DNA from: Eledone cirrhosa
Taxonomy: Eukaryota
Direction: 5' to 3'
DNA: 64,000 nt
Assembly (NCBI GenBank): GCA_964016885.1
Contig: OZ024750.1
Span: 28,272,001 to 28,336,000 of the forward strand
Shown: in pieces, positions 1 through 13,072 of the stretch
How positions within the stretch are numbered: the stretch's first letter is position 1
How the letters are laid out: each line of letters begins with the position of its first letter
Position numbers and translations under genes: made by a program
The notes under the pieces: model-generated
What the model was told of the DNA's origin: nothing
The model's database searches: none
Seen by the model: the letters and a program-made list of their open reading frames with translations, nothing else

Positions 1-177
1 TACCTTTTCATTATCATTTTCCTTATATATCTATATATCTATATATATAGAGAGAGAGAGAGACATAGATAGATAGATAGATTTTCCTTATATATATATA
101 AGGAATATATGTGTATGTATATATATATAATGTATCTATGTATAAAATATATCTATGTATATATATATATATATATA

Positions 178-408
178 ATGTAAAAGATATTTGTAGAGAG
201 AGAGTGTGTGTGAGAGAGAGAGAGAGAATTATATATCGTTTGAGGAAACAGTATTTTCTTCATATATATAATTGTTTCTACGTTAGGCACAAGGCCAGCA
301 ATTTCCCAGTGTATTACTGGTACTTTATTTTATCGACCCCGTATATATAATGCAAATATTATTTGCATTATATATATAGAGAAAATACTGTTTCCTCAAA
401 CGATATAT

Positions 409-484
<76 letters not shown>

Positions 485-595
485 CTACAAATATCTTTTA
501 CATTTGAATTATTGATGGTCTTACGTCCATTGAGCTTATTTATTGAGAAACATGATCATCATAAATATTAAATAAGTTTTGATAACTTAACATAG
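178..595. mobile_element. Foldback element in TA-rich DNA with a SINE fragment in its loop
   Basis: 178-259 is inverted against about 379-503, with a variable (CT)n tract; the SINE 3' piece is at 270-341. Confidence 0.55.
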
Positions 596-632
596 TATCT
601 ATATATATCTGTATATCTATATCTATATATAA

Positions 633-693
<61 letters not shown>

Positions 694-861
694 AAATTTG
701 GTAGAAATATCCACGAGTTTAGTATAAATATTACAACAGTGACTTAAACAGGTACCTAAGATTCATTGGATTCTGGACCCCTAACTCATTCAGCCTGTCA
801 TATATTTTGTTTATCCTAAATTTCTATATATATATATATAATTTATGATGATTTAGTATTA

Positions 862-1250
862 AATAATTGTTTCTACTTTAGGCACAAGGCCAGCAATCAC
901 CCAGTGCATTACTGGTACTTTATTTTATCGACCCCGTAAGGATGAAAGGCAAAGTCAACCTCGGCGGGATTTGAACTCAGATCGTAAAGGGACGTAACTA
1001 TGCTGGAAAGCATGGCGTCCGACCCTCTACTGATACTGCCAATCCACTGCTGGATTATTAATAAATAATTGTTTCTACTTTAGGCACAAGGCCAGCAAAT
1101 ACCCAGTGCATTACTGGTACTTTATTTTATCGACCCCGTAAGGATGAAAGGCAAAGTCAACCTCGGCGGAATTTGAACTCAGAATGGCAAGGGCCGTAAC
1201 TCTATGCGTCAAAGCATGGCGTCCGACTCTCTACCGATTACTCCCAATCC
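862..1250 (-). mobile_element. Two tandem copies of tRNA-derived SINE1 (central domain resembles Meta/MESC)
   Basis: A box TGGCAGTATC(A/G)G, B box GTTCAAATCC, core GACTTTGCCTTTCATCCTTACGGGGTCGATAAAATAAAGTACCAG, (ATT)n tail. Confidence 0.85.
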
Positions 1251-1831
1251 ATTAAATAATAAAAACTAATGATAAAATGGAAATATATATTTTTTTTAAT
1301 GAGGCCCCCAAGGGTATGTGGCTCTAAGCTATAGATTTTTTAGCTCAGAGGTAAGTCCAGAACTGCAGGGACAGTTTAACTAAGAGGCTTTTAAGCAGTT
1401 TCCATTTACCCAGTTTTATTGACACTACGTGGGTTGACCCAAGGCTGATGCTACGTTGTGGGGTCGAATCCGGGACGTAAGAATTGGGATATGTATGTGT
1501 ACATATATGTATGTGTGTATAGGTGTGTGGGATTGTTTGTGTACATATATGTATGTGTGTGTGTAGGTGTGTGGGATTGTTTGTGTACATATATGTATGT
1601 GTATGTGTAGGTGTGTGGGATTGTTTGTGTACATATATGTATGTGTGTGTGTAGGTGTGTGGGATTGTTTGTGTACATATATGCATATATACGTGTATAT
1701 ATGCATATAAACATATATGTGTATGTGTTTGTGCGTGATTGTGCATGTGCATGTGCATGAGAGTGTTTGTTTATAAATATATATATAATCACATATATAC
1801 ATATAGTTATATGTCACACACACACACATAC

Positions 1832-1896
<65 letters not shown>

Positions 1897-2071
1897 CATA
1901 TATACATATAAGTATACGCACATATCACACACAGATTTGCACACACACACACACATGTATGCATACATTTGTTTGTATATATATATATATATATGTGTGT
2001 TTAACTCTAATGCACTCAAGTATTTTTATCTTATATATATATATATATATATATATAGATATAGATATATA

Positions 2072-2195
<124 letters not shown>

Positions 2196-2445
2196 TATAT
2201 ATAGATATATAGATAGATATATATAGATATATAGATAGATATATATAGATATATATAGATATATAGATAGATATATATAGATATATAGATAGATATATAT
2301 AGATATATAGATAGATATAAATATATATACATAGCAACATATATATATATATATATATATACATGTAAATATATGTATAAACCTCTATGCATATATATAT
2401 ATATATATATACAGTATATATAGGTTTATACAAACATTTGTATGT

Positions 2446-2491
<46 letters not shown>

Positions 2492-2511
2492 TATAATGTA
2501 TACATATTATA

Positions 2512-2598
2512 TTATGTATACTCCAGTCCTACAAACTGTAGAGTGCTTCTTATCCGATATCTGCATTGCTTTATTGTACTACAATAAAACTCACCTCC
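2512..2598 (+). mobile_element. Family C tail-only remnant
   Basis: TACTCCAGTCCTACAAACTGTAGAGTG..AACTCACCTCCTA matches 62448-62529. Confidence 0.8.
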
Positions 2599-3481
2599 TA
2601 TATATACATATATATATATATGTTTGTTAGTAGGTACATATATATATATATATATATATGTTTATCCTAAATTTCTATATATACATAATTAACCACATCT
2701 ATTTTTAAACTACGACGTACTTCAAACCGCCCCTTTTCAACGGTGCCTTTTTCTCGTTCTTAGCATGCTATACCTACCTTTCCTACCCTTTATTTAACCC
2801 CCCCCCCTCATCCCTATACATTTATCTACCCTACAACACAACAACCCTACAACGCCTTTGCTTGATTTTTCAAGGGTGCAAATGGGAAAGGGAACAAGGG
2901 GCCTTATTTTGCAAGATGATATGGCAAGTGAAAAGGGAGTAGCGTAGCATAGCATAGCATAGCATATTGCATGCCTGTCACATATTTTCACGCATCTCTG
3001 TAAAGCCCTTTTCTCTCTCTGTCTCTCACTCCTGGCCCCTACGATGTGTTAACCCTGATAAAGCTGTTGACTACTGCTACTACTGCTGTTTCTGCTGTTC
3101 CGGTTACTTCTCCTGTAGCTTCTAATTCTCAGCCTCCTTGTTTAGTTAAAACAGCTGTTGCAACATCGGCTCAGGTATATATACACATACATTGTCAGAA
3201 CAAACCCCCACCCCACCTCACTCCATCCAAACCCACCCCATGCCCCTTTTTCCTTTCTTTCTTTTTTTTACTTACTTTCTCCCCCCCCCTCCTCCCTCCA
3301 CCTCCTCCACCACCACCACCGCATCTATCTTTCTTTTTCCCCTGCCACGAGCATTACTTAAAAATCACATACCCTCTATTACACAAACATATGCAGGAAC
3401 GCTTGCGCACATACCTATGAGTGCGTGTTTACAAACACACACTTATACACACACACTTACACACGCACGTATATATATGTA

Positions 3482-3588
<107 letters not shown>

Positions 3589-3613
3589 ATATATATATAT
3601 GTATATATATATG

Positions 3614-3720
<107 letters not shown>

Positions 3721-3746
3721 ATATGTATATAAATATATATATATAC

Positions 3747-3799
<53 letters not shown>

Positions 3800-3821
3800 T
3801 CTATATATATATATACATGTA

Positions 3822-3886
<65 letters not shown>

Positions 3887-4305
3887 ATGTATGTATATAT
3901 TTTTATGTATACATGCACCCTCAACATTTCGAGAGAGTTTGAATATAAGTGAGCGAGTAAATAAGTGGGGGAAATGAAACAAAGTTTCTCGTATAATTAG
4001 ATAGATATATATTTAGACTATGTGAAAAACTTGTAGGTGCTCATGTTTGTGATTGCAAATGAGAGCGTGTATATACGAAAACCCCTACCCAATCCAGTAA
4101 AATACCTTAAAGATTCCTATCTACTTTCTTTCCTCATAGAAAATGGTATTTATTAGTGACATCCAGTTTCATATTAAATATTTATTATATTCAAATGTAT
4201 ACAAATGTATTGTTGTGTGTCTTTTTAGGGTAAGGAATAGAACTGGACTGACTGGACATTCAGACATTTGGACAATGCGGAGGGGGGGTGCAGCGCTGGC
4301 CTGCG

Positions 4306-4523
4306 TTAACTCTTTAGCATTTACATTACTCTATATATATACTGTTATATTTTCATGGTAAAGGTTTTACCTCACTTAATATGGAGTCTATGAGAATTTG
4401 ATATTATTTATTTTGAGAACAATACATTCACATCAATATGGATGGCCAGTTACAGCCGGTTTGAACAGAAAGAGGTGAGAGAATTCTGGCCAGATACGGT
4501 CAGTTTAAATGCTAAAGGGTTGA
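4306..4523. mobile_element. piggyBac-like MITE
   Basis: TTAA-CTCTTTAGCATTT..AAATGCTAAAGGG-TTGA; reverse homologue of 10460-10688. Confidence 0.7.
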
Positions 4524-4859
4524 AATAACAACAAAAGTTGAAAAAGATATTAATAAACATTGGGTCGCTTTGATAGGGAACAAAAACCTGGGGTCTGTTT
4601 GTTAGACCCAGTTCGATTCTGATCCGAAGTATTGAGCAAGGTATTTTCAAAATACACTGTTTTACTCTTTTATTGGTTTTAGTCAGTAGACTGTGGTCAT
4701 GCTGGGGCAGCAACTTATAGAGATTTAGTTGACCATATCGACACCAGTACCTATTTTTTTGTCAGATCTGTTCCATATTTTATTGATTTCAAATTTTGTC
4801 GAATGTTTGGTTTACTGGACATAAACACAGACATATTCGTACACACACACTCATGTATG

Positions 4860-4903
<44 letters not shown>

Positions 4904-4906
<3 letters not shown>

Positions 4907-5094
4907 CGAAGGAAATGTGGTAAGGAACCAGATTGACCATAACGCACCAAAGTACTCAATACTTAGGGTAGTAGAGTGGGTAATAGGAACCAGTAGGACC
5001 CCGACGGCTGAGCTCAAGCCGTTTCGACCGCTAAATCTAGTCCAGAATTAGCCGTCGAAACAGCTTGAGCTCAGCCGTCGGGGTCCTACTCGTT

Positions 5095-5099
<5 letters not shown>
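4904..5099. mobile_element. PLE family A foldback element in (TA)n
   Basis: Inverted arms span 4983-5099 and each carries GAAAC(G/A)GCTTGAGCTCAGCCGTC-GGGGTC. Short end TTCCTA(TA)n; long end TTCCTTCGTTA(TA)n. Confidence 0.85.
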
Positions 5100-5159
<60 letters not shown>

Positions 5160-5351
5160 AAAAAAGATGAGAACTGCTAAACCGGTAAAGGAACCAAATA
5201 AATATTCTTAAAAAGACTCCAGTTGCATTTTCGATTTCATCTTTTTTCCTTATACTTTCACTCGTGTAGGACAACTCGTTTTTTTTTCATTTTGGAAAAA
5301 AAACGTCGTTTTCTAATATATATATATATATACACACACATATATATATAT

Positions 5352-5572
5352 TTACTCAGCTGTAGAAATGATTTGCGACGTCACTGGTGCCAAGCTATAT
5401 CGGTCATTGCCTTTCCCTTGGACAACATCGGTGGCGTGGAGATGAAAGACTGGTATGCATGGGTGACTACTGGTCTTCTACAAATAACCTTGCCCGGACT
5501 TGTGCCTCAGGGGGAGGGGGGATTTCTAAATGCAAATCCCATGGTTATTCGTGAGCGAAGGGGTTCTTTACC
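5352..5572 (+). mobile_element. Probable SINE 3' fragment
   Basis: Starts with ACTCAGCTG, the motif that follows CORE in the SINEs at 19237 and 36002. Confidence 0.4.
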
Positions 5573-5573
5573 A

Positions 5574-5625
<52 letters not shown>

Positions 5626-6260
5626 TGAATTATATACCGTCGATTATGACATGAGGAACCAACAAGTGATTTTTCCTTTTAGGTCTGATGTTTACGTCCG
5701 CCCTGAGAAGATCGTGATCGTTATATAAAATGAGTGGTATGTTAAGTCAAGATTTTGTCTTTATTCTGATGATCCGGTGGGTGATATTTCATAGTTATTA
5801 CATTATAACCATTAAACACCTATGGAGCTGCTAAAGCACCGTTCTAACACATGCTGTGACTTGGCTAGTTTAATCCTGATCGAACCCATCATTCTCTTTA
5901 TATGTCTGACCACAGCCGCTTACTTTCGGAGAGTGAGAGAGAGGGTGAGGGGGAGTGAGAGAGAGGGAGAGAGAAGGGGAGGGAGAGAGATAGAAAGAGA
6001 TAGTGTGTGTGTGAGAGAGAGGCAGAAGAGATAGTGAGAGGGTGTATGGAATGAGGAATAACCAGTCCAGTACTAAATAATTACTTTATTTATCGAATTT
6101 GAAAATATTAATGGTAAAGGTGAGTTCAGCGTGGTTTGAACTCATACCGTGATTTAAACTAAAGGTCAGGCTTAAAAGAAATATAAAAATCCCCCAAAAA
6201 GTTCGGACAGTGAATTGGTGGAGTCGTTCGGACGTTAGATCTTAAATGGATATATATATA

Positions 6261-6347
6261 TAGAAGCCATTTCTATATTAAATATTTGTACTCTGCCATG
6301 TATTGAGTACCTTACTGTGGTTACCTCAAATTGAACCTGGGATAAAT
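6261..6347 (+). mobile_element. Family D tail remnant between TA tracts
   Basis: TAGAAGCCATTTCTATATTAAA..GTATTGAGTACCTTACTGTGG matches 17359-17447. Confidence 0.7.
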
Positions 6348-6364
6348 ATATATATATATATATA

Positions 6365-6552
6365 TAACGAAGGAAATGTGGTAAGGAACCAGGTGGACCA
6401 TAACGCACCAAAGTACTCAATACTTAGGGTAGTAGAGTGGGTAATAGGAACGAGTAGGACCCCGACGGCTGAGCTCAAGCCGTTTCGACGGCTAATTCCA
6501 GAATTAGCCGTCGAAACGGCTTGAGCTCAGCCGCGTCGGGGTCCTACTCGTT

Positions 6553-6557
<5 letters not shown>
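6365..6557. mobile_element. PLE family A foldback element in (TA)n
   Basis: Near-identical to 4904-5099, with a different apex (GCTAATTCCAGAATTAGC). Confidence 0.85.
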
Positions 6558-6612
<55 letters not shown>

Positions 6613-7159
6613 AATACATATGTATGCGTATGTTTGTTTTTTGTTTGTTTGTGTGTGTGTGTATCTGAATACTCCATCTATTTTGAATAGATATAAAAAC
6701 AACTACAACTACAAAAGTAAAAGGGGAAAAACAAAAGTAAAAGGGGAAAAATAAAAGTAAAAGGGGAAAAAAAAAACACCTCGTATATTTTCCCCCAATC
6801 TGTAAAAGAAGTTAATAAAGTTAGTTTATAAATCTTCTACTATAGTTTATTTACTTTCAGCTTCGTGGAGTCGGGACTATTATAAATAGATTTATCTCGC
6901 TTTTCTCTCAGAAGCTGTGAATAGACAAAAATCACACATTCTCTCTACTATATGTGGATGGTTTATAGATGTTTGTGTATGTTGTTTGGTGACTGTAAAG
7001 GTTTTCTTTGACATGTTTCAACTAAAAACATGTAAAAATAACCTATCACCTGTTTGGAACAGTTTTTGTCAGCTATCCAAATTTGGTTCTATTTTAGAAA
7101 ATACGACTGCCTTGTCTTCAACGTCATGTTTGTACGTCCACACACACACACACACACAC

Positions 7160-7194
<35 letters not shown>

Positions 7195-7219
7195 GTCTTC
7201 AACGTCATTTTTGTACGTC

Positions 7220-7282
<63 letters not shown>

Positions 7283-7404
7283 ATGTATATAGTATGTTTT
7301 TTTTTATCTATCTTTTTATCTGTCTGTCAGTCTGCCTGTATATCTATCTCAACCTCACTCTCTCTATCTGTGTGTGTGTATGTATATATATATATATATG
7401 TATG

Positions 7405-7438
<34 letters not shown>

Positions 7439-7439
<1 letters not shown>

Positions 7440-7496
7440 TGAAGAGGCTTACTGAGCACACAAGTCGAAACCGTTTGGCGCCACGGTCGGGATTTT
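7439..7496 (+). ncRNA. 5'-clipped hammerhead (family H); decayed homologue on the minus strand at about 61500-61540
   Basis: TTGAAGA GGCTT..AAGTC GAAA CCGT ttggcgcc ACGG TC GGGATTTT; the 5' strand of stem I is replaced by (TG)n. Confidence 0.65.
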
Positions 7497-8279
7497 ATAC
7501 ACCTCTCTCTCTCTCTCACTTCTCTCTCTCTCCGTACATATATACACACACACACATATATATATATATACACCAGATTTTATAGTAATGTATTTTATTT
7601 ATATAGTTGTGTATTTGCCTTAACCTTTTCGTCTCCTCTTCCCTGTAAATATATATATCCCCTCATACACAAACATCTGCAAACACATACAGGTATATAA
7701 ATATACATATAAACATTCTTAGCATACCGTCACCCAACAGACTAGCTAGTAAACCTTATAATCAGCAAACATGTCAATTAGGGACCTTCTACAAACATGT
7801 CAATTAGGGACCTTTTCATTCGACCTGCTAGAAATAGCAGCAAAATCTCCCTCAATTAAAACTCTATTGACTTAAATATACAGTATTCTTCTGTGTATAC
7901 CGCGCAGTATTTTCACCTTTTCTCTAGTTGGTTTTAGGGAAGTGTGGTATAGACCATAACTAAATGTTTGGCTCTTCTGTGTTCGGACACATTGCACCTG
8001 TCATGTGGATCTTGTCATACTCGGTGTCCTTATTGGCTATCTTTTTTCATGATCTTAAATACCTGAATGGTCCATTCTAACCGCTGAACTTTTCTTCACT
8101 CTATATTTAACAGGGGAATCTACAGTCTTTCACGAAGGAGTGAACCTTTAAAATTTAATCAGAACCTCAACGGCATCAATGTCCAGTCTAAGAGCACCCA
8201 TGAAAGTTATAGACTAAATGTTTCTGGCTTTTTTTCAAATCTGGTCCCGGGAAAATATCCAGCAGGAGACAGGAAACTG

Positions 8280-8455
8280 TACCAAGAATTTCCCGGCGCC
8301 GAAGACTCTTCGTCCTCGAGGAAGCACCCTAATTTTCGACAACCAAAAATTTGAAAAAGAATAATAAACAACCTTCGGCCTCCAGGGCGCATGGTAGATT
8401 TTTAAAGACATATTTTAGGAAAAAAGTAGCGTCTTCGACGCCGGGAAATACGGTA
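8280..8455. mobile_element. Tc1/mariner (Tc2/pogo-like) MITE
   Basis: TIRs ATTTCCCGGCGCCGAAGAC / GTCTTCGACGCCGGGAAATACGG-TA. Confidence 0.65.
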
Positions 8456-8946
8456 CCTTTTGACTTCGATCGTACCTTATCTTATACTATATCATGTTAT
8501 AAAATGTTTTAATAAAGTTTTACTGACACTGTATTTGTGTTGTTTCTTCTGCACGATTTACACCGAAATTAGGCTTTTCCAGACGTTTTTCTGATGAAAA
8601 GAAGAAAAGGCACACGAAAGCACTCAATACACGGAGGAATACGGAGGGTGGAGAATTGGTAGAGGTGTCATCTGATTGAATACGTGTGTATTTGATCTGA
8701 CTCTTTGCACTCTGGGTAAAAATTCTGTTGAGATTAACTCTACCTTTCACACTTTTGAGGTTGATGAATAAAGCTTCAGTTCAGGTGTGGGGAACTGACG
8801 GAATTGCTGAAGAATCGAAAGGCATGCTAAATGGTAGCTGGTCTGGCCCTGTGCTCTTTGGGTAAATATTGCCTCTGTTGGTTTCTACGATGTGCATTCC
8901 ACCGTACAATAATCGGAATTGCCTACTCATTATAAATTATTAAAAG

Positions 8947-9370
8947 GGCGGTGGATTGGCAGTATCGGTAGATGGTCAGACGCCATGCTTTGCAGTATAG
9001 AGTTACGGCCCTTTCTGATGTGAGATCAAATCCTGCCGAGGTTAACTTTGTCTTTCATTCTGACGGGGTCGATAAAATACAGTACCAGTAATGCACTGGG
9101 GTCGATTTAATTGACTTTCCCCTCCCCACAAAATTGCTGGCCTTGTGCCAAATGTAGAAACAATTATTATTATGCGGTGTGTTATTGGCAGTATCGGTAG
9201 AGGGTAAGACGCCATGCTTTGCAGCATAGAGTTACGGCCCTTGCCATTCTGAGTTTAAATCCCGCCGAGGTTAACTTTGCCTTTCATTCTTACGGGGTCA
9301 ATAAAATAAAGTACCAGTAATGCACTGAGATAATTGCTGGCCTTGTGCCAAAAAGTAGAAATAATTATTA
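8947..9370 (+). mobile_element. Two tandem SINE1 copies
   Basis: Same A/B boxes and core. Confidence 0.85.
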
Positions 9371-9861
9371 TACGATATAAAACTCACGAATAATTCCTTT
9401 AATTTTACAGAATCCTTACAAAACGGTAAGGAATGAGTTGTTTACAGATGCCAAAAAATGATAATTATTTGTTTGTATCTAGCTATATATCTCACATTGT
9501 AAAATGACACACCCAGTTAGATAGATAACGTCGAAAGTCGGATTTAATGCTATACAGTTTCTGGCAACTTCGCTGTCGTTATCGTACATCTAAGCGAGGT
9601 AGAAAAGCACAAATTTAGGAATGGTATTAAGTTGATTATATTGATTCTAATACTCGAATAGTACATATTTTATCACTGCGCCTCCCCAACAAGACAAGGT
9701 TAACGTCGTTACTTGGAGGCTGTCCTGTCCTAAAAGCACCCAGTTTTGACTTTTTTCTGTTATCAAACATCTAACGGAGGTAGAAAAGCGCAAATTTGGG
9801 AATGGTATATAGTTGATTATATTGGTTCTAATACTCGATAGGTATAGATTTTATTACCCAC

Positions 9862-10330
9862 CCCCAGCAAGACAAGGTTAGCGTCGGTACTTGGAGGCTG
9901 TCCAGTCCTAAAATCAATCGGTTTCGATCTGTTTTTCAGAAGCTAGAGCGTTTCAATGCACAGCGACATCTGCTCGGTGGTCAGAGTAAATGGCCACGTA
10001 TGGGAAACATTTCAGATTACACGTTCGGTCGGTCAAGTGTGCTCCCTCCTATTCGCTCCTCACATCTGTACATACTGACTCTCGAGCTACTTACTGTGAA
10101 AGCTGGGACTGTTGAAGGACATCCGTCTTGAAACGAGACATGGAGGGTTTGCGTTTGAATATGCGGACGACGTCACCGTGAAGGTGTCGAATACCTCGGA
10201 AAGCGAAGTGGTCGAGAACTTCATATAAATGTACAGAACGTTGACGGAAGACTAACCCGGACAAGTTGAAGTGATTGCAGCTCGGCACTTGGAATGAATG
10301 AACCTACTCTAAACATGAGTCTGTAGGTTG
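9862..10330 (+). pseudogene. L1/Tx1-clade reverse transcriptase fragment
   Basis: Frameshifted translation SDICSVVRVNGHVWETFQITRSVGQ..HLYILTLE..EYADDVTV, i.e. the RQG/PLSP region and the YADD motif. Confidence 0.8.
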
Positions 10331-10459
10331 GAGAATTCAGAGATGAGCTCTTTTCTATGTTGCTCTTAGGGATCTGGGTTATTTGGGATCTGTGTGGTTG
10401 TTAACTTACTTTGGATTGGGGGTAGGGGGGCTTTCTACAATTGGGGTATAATTTTCTTA

Positions 10460-10688
10460 TTAACCCTTTTGCTTTAAAAACCGCCATATCCGGCCAGAAT
10501 TCTCTCACCTCATTTTGTTCAAACCGGCCATAACCAGCTGCTCATATTTATGTTAAGGTATTGTTCTCAAAGTAAATAATATCAAAAACTCATAGATTCA
10601 ATATTATGTGAGATAATTATGTAAGATAAAGTGTTTACCATGAAAGTACAATAGTATATTTAGAGTAATGTAAATGCTAAAGGGTTAA
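10460..10688. mobile_element. piggyBac-like MITE
   Basis: TTAA on both sides; TIRs CCCTTTTGCTTT / AATGCTAAAGGG. Confidence 0.75.
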
Positions 10689-10847
10689 TGTATCACTGCT
10701 TTGTGATATTTTTGTGGGGTGTAGGGTTTTCTATTTATTCGAGTATGTAAATTCCGACTATCCCCTGTTCATTATTAGTATTGTCTTTTGCGTTTCGGCT
10801 CTGGTGGCCAATAAATAAATTATGATTATTATTTTGATTATTCTAAG

Positions 10848-11301
10848 AGTGGTGAATTGGCAGAAAAATCGGTAGAGCGTCGGACACCGTGCTTCGTGGC
10901 TTAGGTTGGCCTTGTGCCTAAATCAGAAACCATTATTGATCGGTAGAGCACCAGTCACCATGTTTTCAGCATAGAGTTATGTCCTTTACGTTCTGATTTT
11001 CAAATCCGCCGAGGTTAACTTTCCCTGTCATCCTTACGGGGTCGATAAAATAAAGTACCAGTAATGTACTGGGGTCGATTTAATGAACTTTCCCTTCCCC
11101 TCCCTAAAACTGTTGGCCTTGGTCGTTTGATAGTCTCGGTAGAGCGTCAGACACCATGCGTTGCAGCATACAGTTATGGCCCTTTGCGTTCTGAGTTCAA
11201 ATCCGCCGAGGTTAACTTTCCCTTTCATCCTTACGGAGTGGATAAAATAAAGTACCAGTAATGCACTAGGGTAATCGCTGGCCTTGTGCCAAGAGTAGAA
11301 A

Positions 11302-11345
<44 letters not shown>
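10848..11345 (+). mobile_element. Cluster of three SINE1 copies or fragments
   Basis: Repeated head, core and tail; ends in (ATT)n. Confidence 0.8.
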
Positions 11346-11348
<3 letters not shown>

Positions 11349-11684
11349 ACAGTACAAAAACAAAACAAAAGACAAAACAAAAAATTTAAAATATCTGAAC
11401 AAAAAGAAAAACCCAAAAAGGAAAAAAAAAAGGGGGACCTACGAAGAACTTGAAATGCTTGAGGTTATATATGTAGCTGAGATATTAGGGATTTGATAAG
11501 GAATTTATTAGTCGTAAAAGTAATTAACTGAAATGTCCTTATAGGGAGGTTTTCTTCTTGTATATATTTTTAGGTTGGTTTTAGAAAATAAGAATTAACG
11601 TAGATTGTAATTATGATACGTAAACATAACAAGTGAAGATGATGGGGTTTTATAGTATATATGATTCAGAGATAGTGTATATAA

Positions 11685-11738
<54 letters not shown>

Positions 11739-11818
11739 TTGGTCGTGAATTATGTAATTTGTAGAAATTTGTTTTTTTCCTAAAATATTTTTACAAATTT
11801 CAGACTTGATGACACAAT

Positions 11819-11884
<66 letters not shown>

Positions 11885-12066
11885 GCATACATGCATACAT
11901 ACATGTATACATAGAGACATACATTCATATATACATACATATATATATATATACACAAATTTGTAGGAATGTTTGTATGTATTTATGTATGTATGTATAC
12001 GTATGTATATATGTACGTTTGTATATGTATGCATGTATGTAATTATGTATGTGTATGTATACAAGT

Positions 12067-12102
<36 letters not shown>

Positions 12103-12154
12103 ATATATGTATGTATATGTATGTATGTATGTATGTATATGTATGTATGTTATG

Positions 12155-12762
12155 TCAGGTCACCAGTTGGTGCTACTGGTAACATGTATCCCAGTACAAC
12201 CTGACTCATGGTCGGGTCCTTGGCGACTAAACTGGCAACCCCACCAAGGTTTCTTGTTGAGGAGGGTGACTTTGGACATCCTGCAGGACTAAAAACAAAA
12301 CCTGTCAAAAGGCAAAGGAGCTCTTAAGAGTCAATGGCCATCCAAAATCATCAGGAGAGATGACTCCTTAGCCTTTGTCAAGGCAGAATTCTAGGAGAAG
12401 GAAAACTCTGATATAACACCTGCAACCCTGATGGTATCCAATGATGTTGACTCGTTCTTCTTTTTGGTAAATATCATCTTGGTTAAGGGAGTGGGACAGG
12501 CTTTGTGCAGTGCCTTTGCTCACTATAAAAGCTTCGCGGCACAGGCATTGCTTTATATCTGGAGATCTCTCTGCGCTTGTCATCACATGGTACCATGGGC
12601 CCAGCACTATGTGTCAATAATTGTCACAAGTGTAGTGTTTGTACCAGAGTTTTCAAGTCGCTGGCTGGACTAAAAAGTCACACTCTTTCAGCGCATCGGT
12701 AGGGGTTCTCCTACATGGATATAAAGTAGTGGCCGTACTCGAAAACGAGTTGGCAGCCACCA
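12155..12762 (+). mobile_element. Internally deleted RTE derivative (5' UTR-like part plus C-terminal C2H2 zinc finger)
   Basis: CTAGGAGAAGGAAAACTCTGA (recalled RTE 5' UTR motif); 12631-12696 encodes CSVCTRVFKSLAGLKSHTLSAH followed by R and a stop. Confidence 0.6.
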
Positions 12763-12854
12763 TATGTTTGTATGTAAACAAGTAGATAGATATATATATG
12801 TACGTAGGTATATAAGTATATATATATATATATGTATGTATATATGTATGTATA

Positions 12855-13072
12855 GTGAAGGCGTGTGGCTGAGTGGTTAGAGAATTGGATTCGCAATCGT
12901 AAGTTTGTGAGTTCGATTCCTGGACCAGGCGATGCGTTATGTCCTTGAGCAAGACACTTTATTTCACGTTGCTCCTTCTACCTGGAGTTTCGACCGATAG
13001 ATAGTATTAGCAATTGGAAAGACCAACGGAAACATTGTTCCCGCGGTCCGATTTGACGAAAGTCGATCGTTC
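12855..13072 (+). mobile_element. SINE2: tRNA head, CORE-like domain and structured tail
   Basis: A box TGGCTGAGTGG, B box GTTCGATTCC, CORE-like TGTCCTTGAGCAAGACACTT; ends GATCGTTCC in TA-rich DNA. Confidence 0.85.

Noticed and set aside
3046-3180. Possible exon (TTATTAVSAVPVTSPVAS..SAQ|GTATAT)
   Set aside because: Low-complexity peptide, weak donor and no recognisable homology.
4904-5099. Foldback elements as TA-targeting Tc1/mariner MITEs
   Set aside because: Arms are asymmetric (one has a tail), apexes vary, HHR motifs are present, and one copy links to a PLE-like ORF.
12855-12930. tRNA gene suggested by A/B boxes
   Set aside because: It continues into CORE and tail sequence and recurs as dispersed SINE copies; no intact cloverleaf or terminator.
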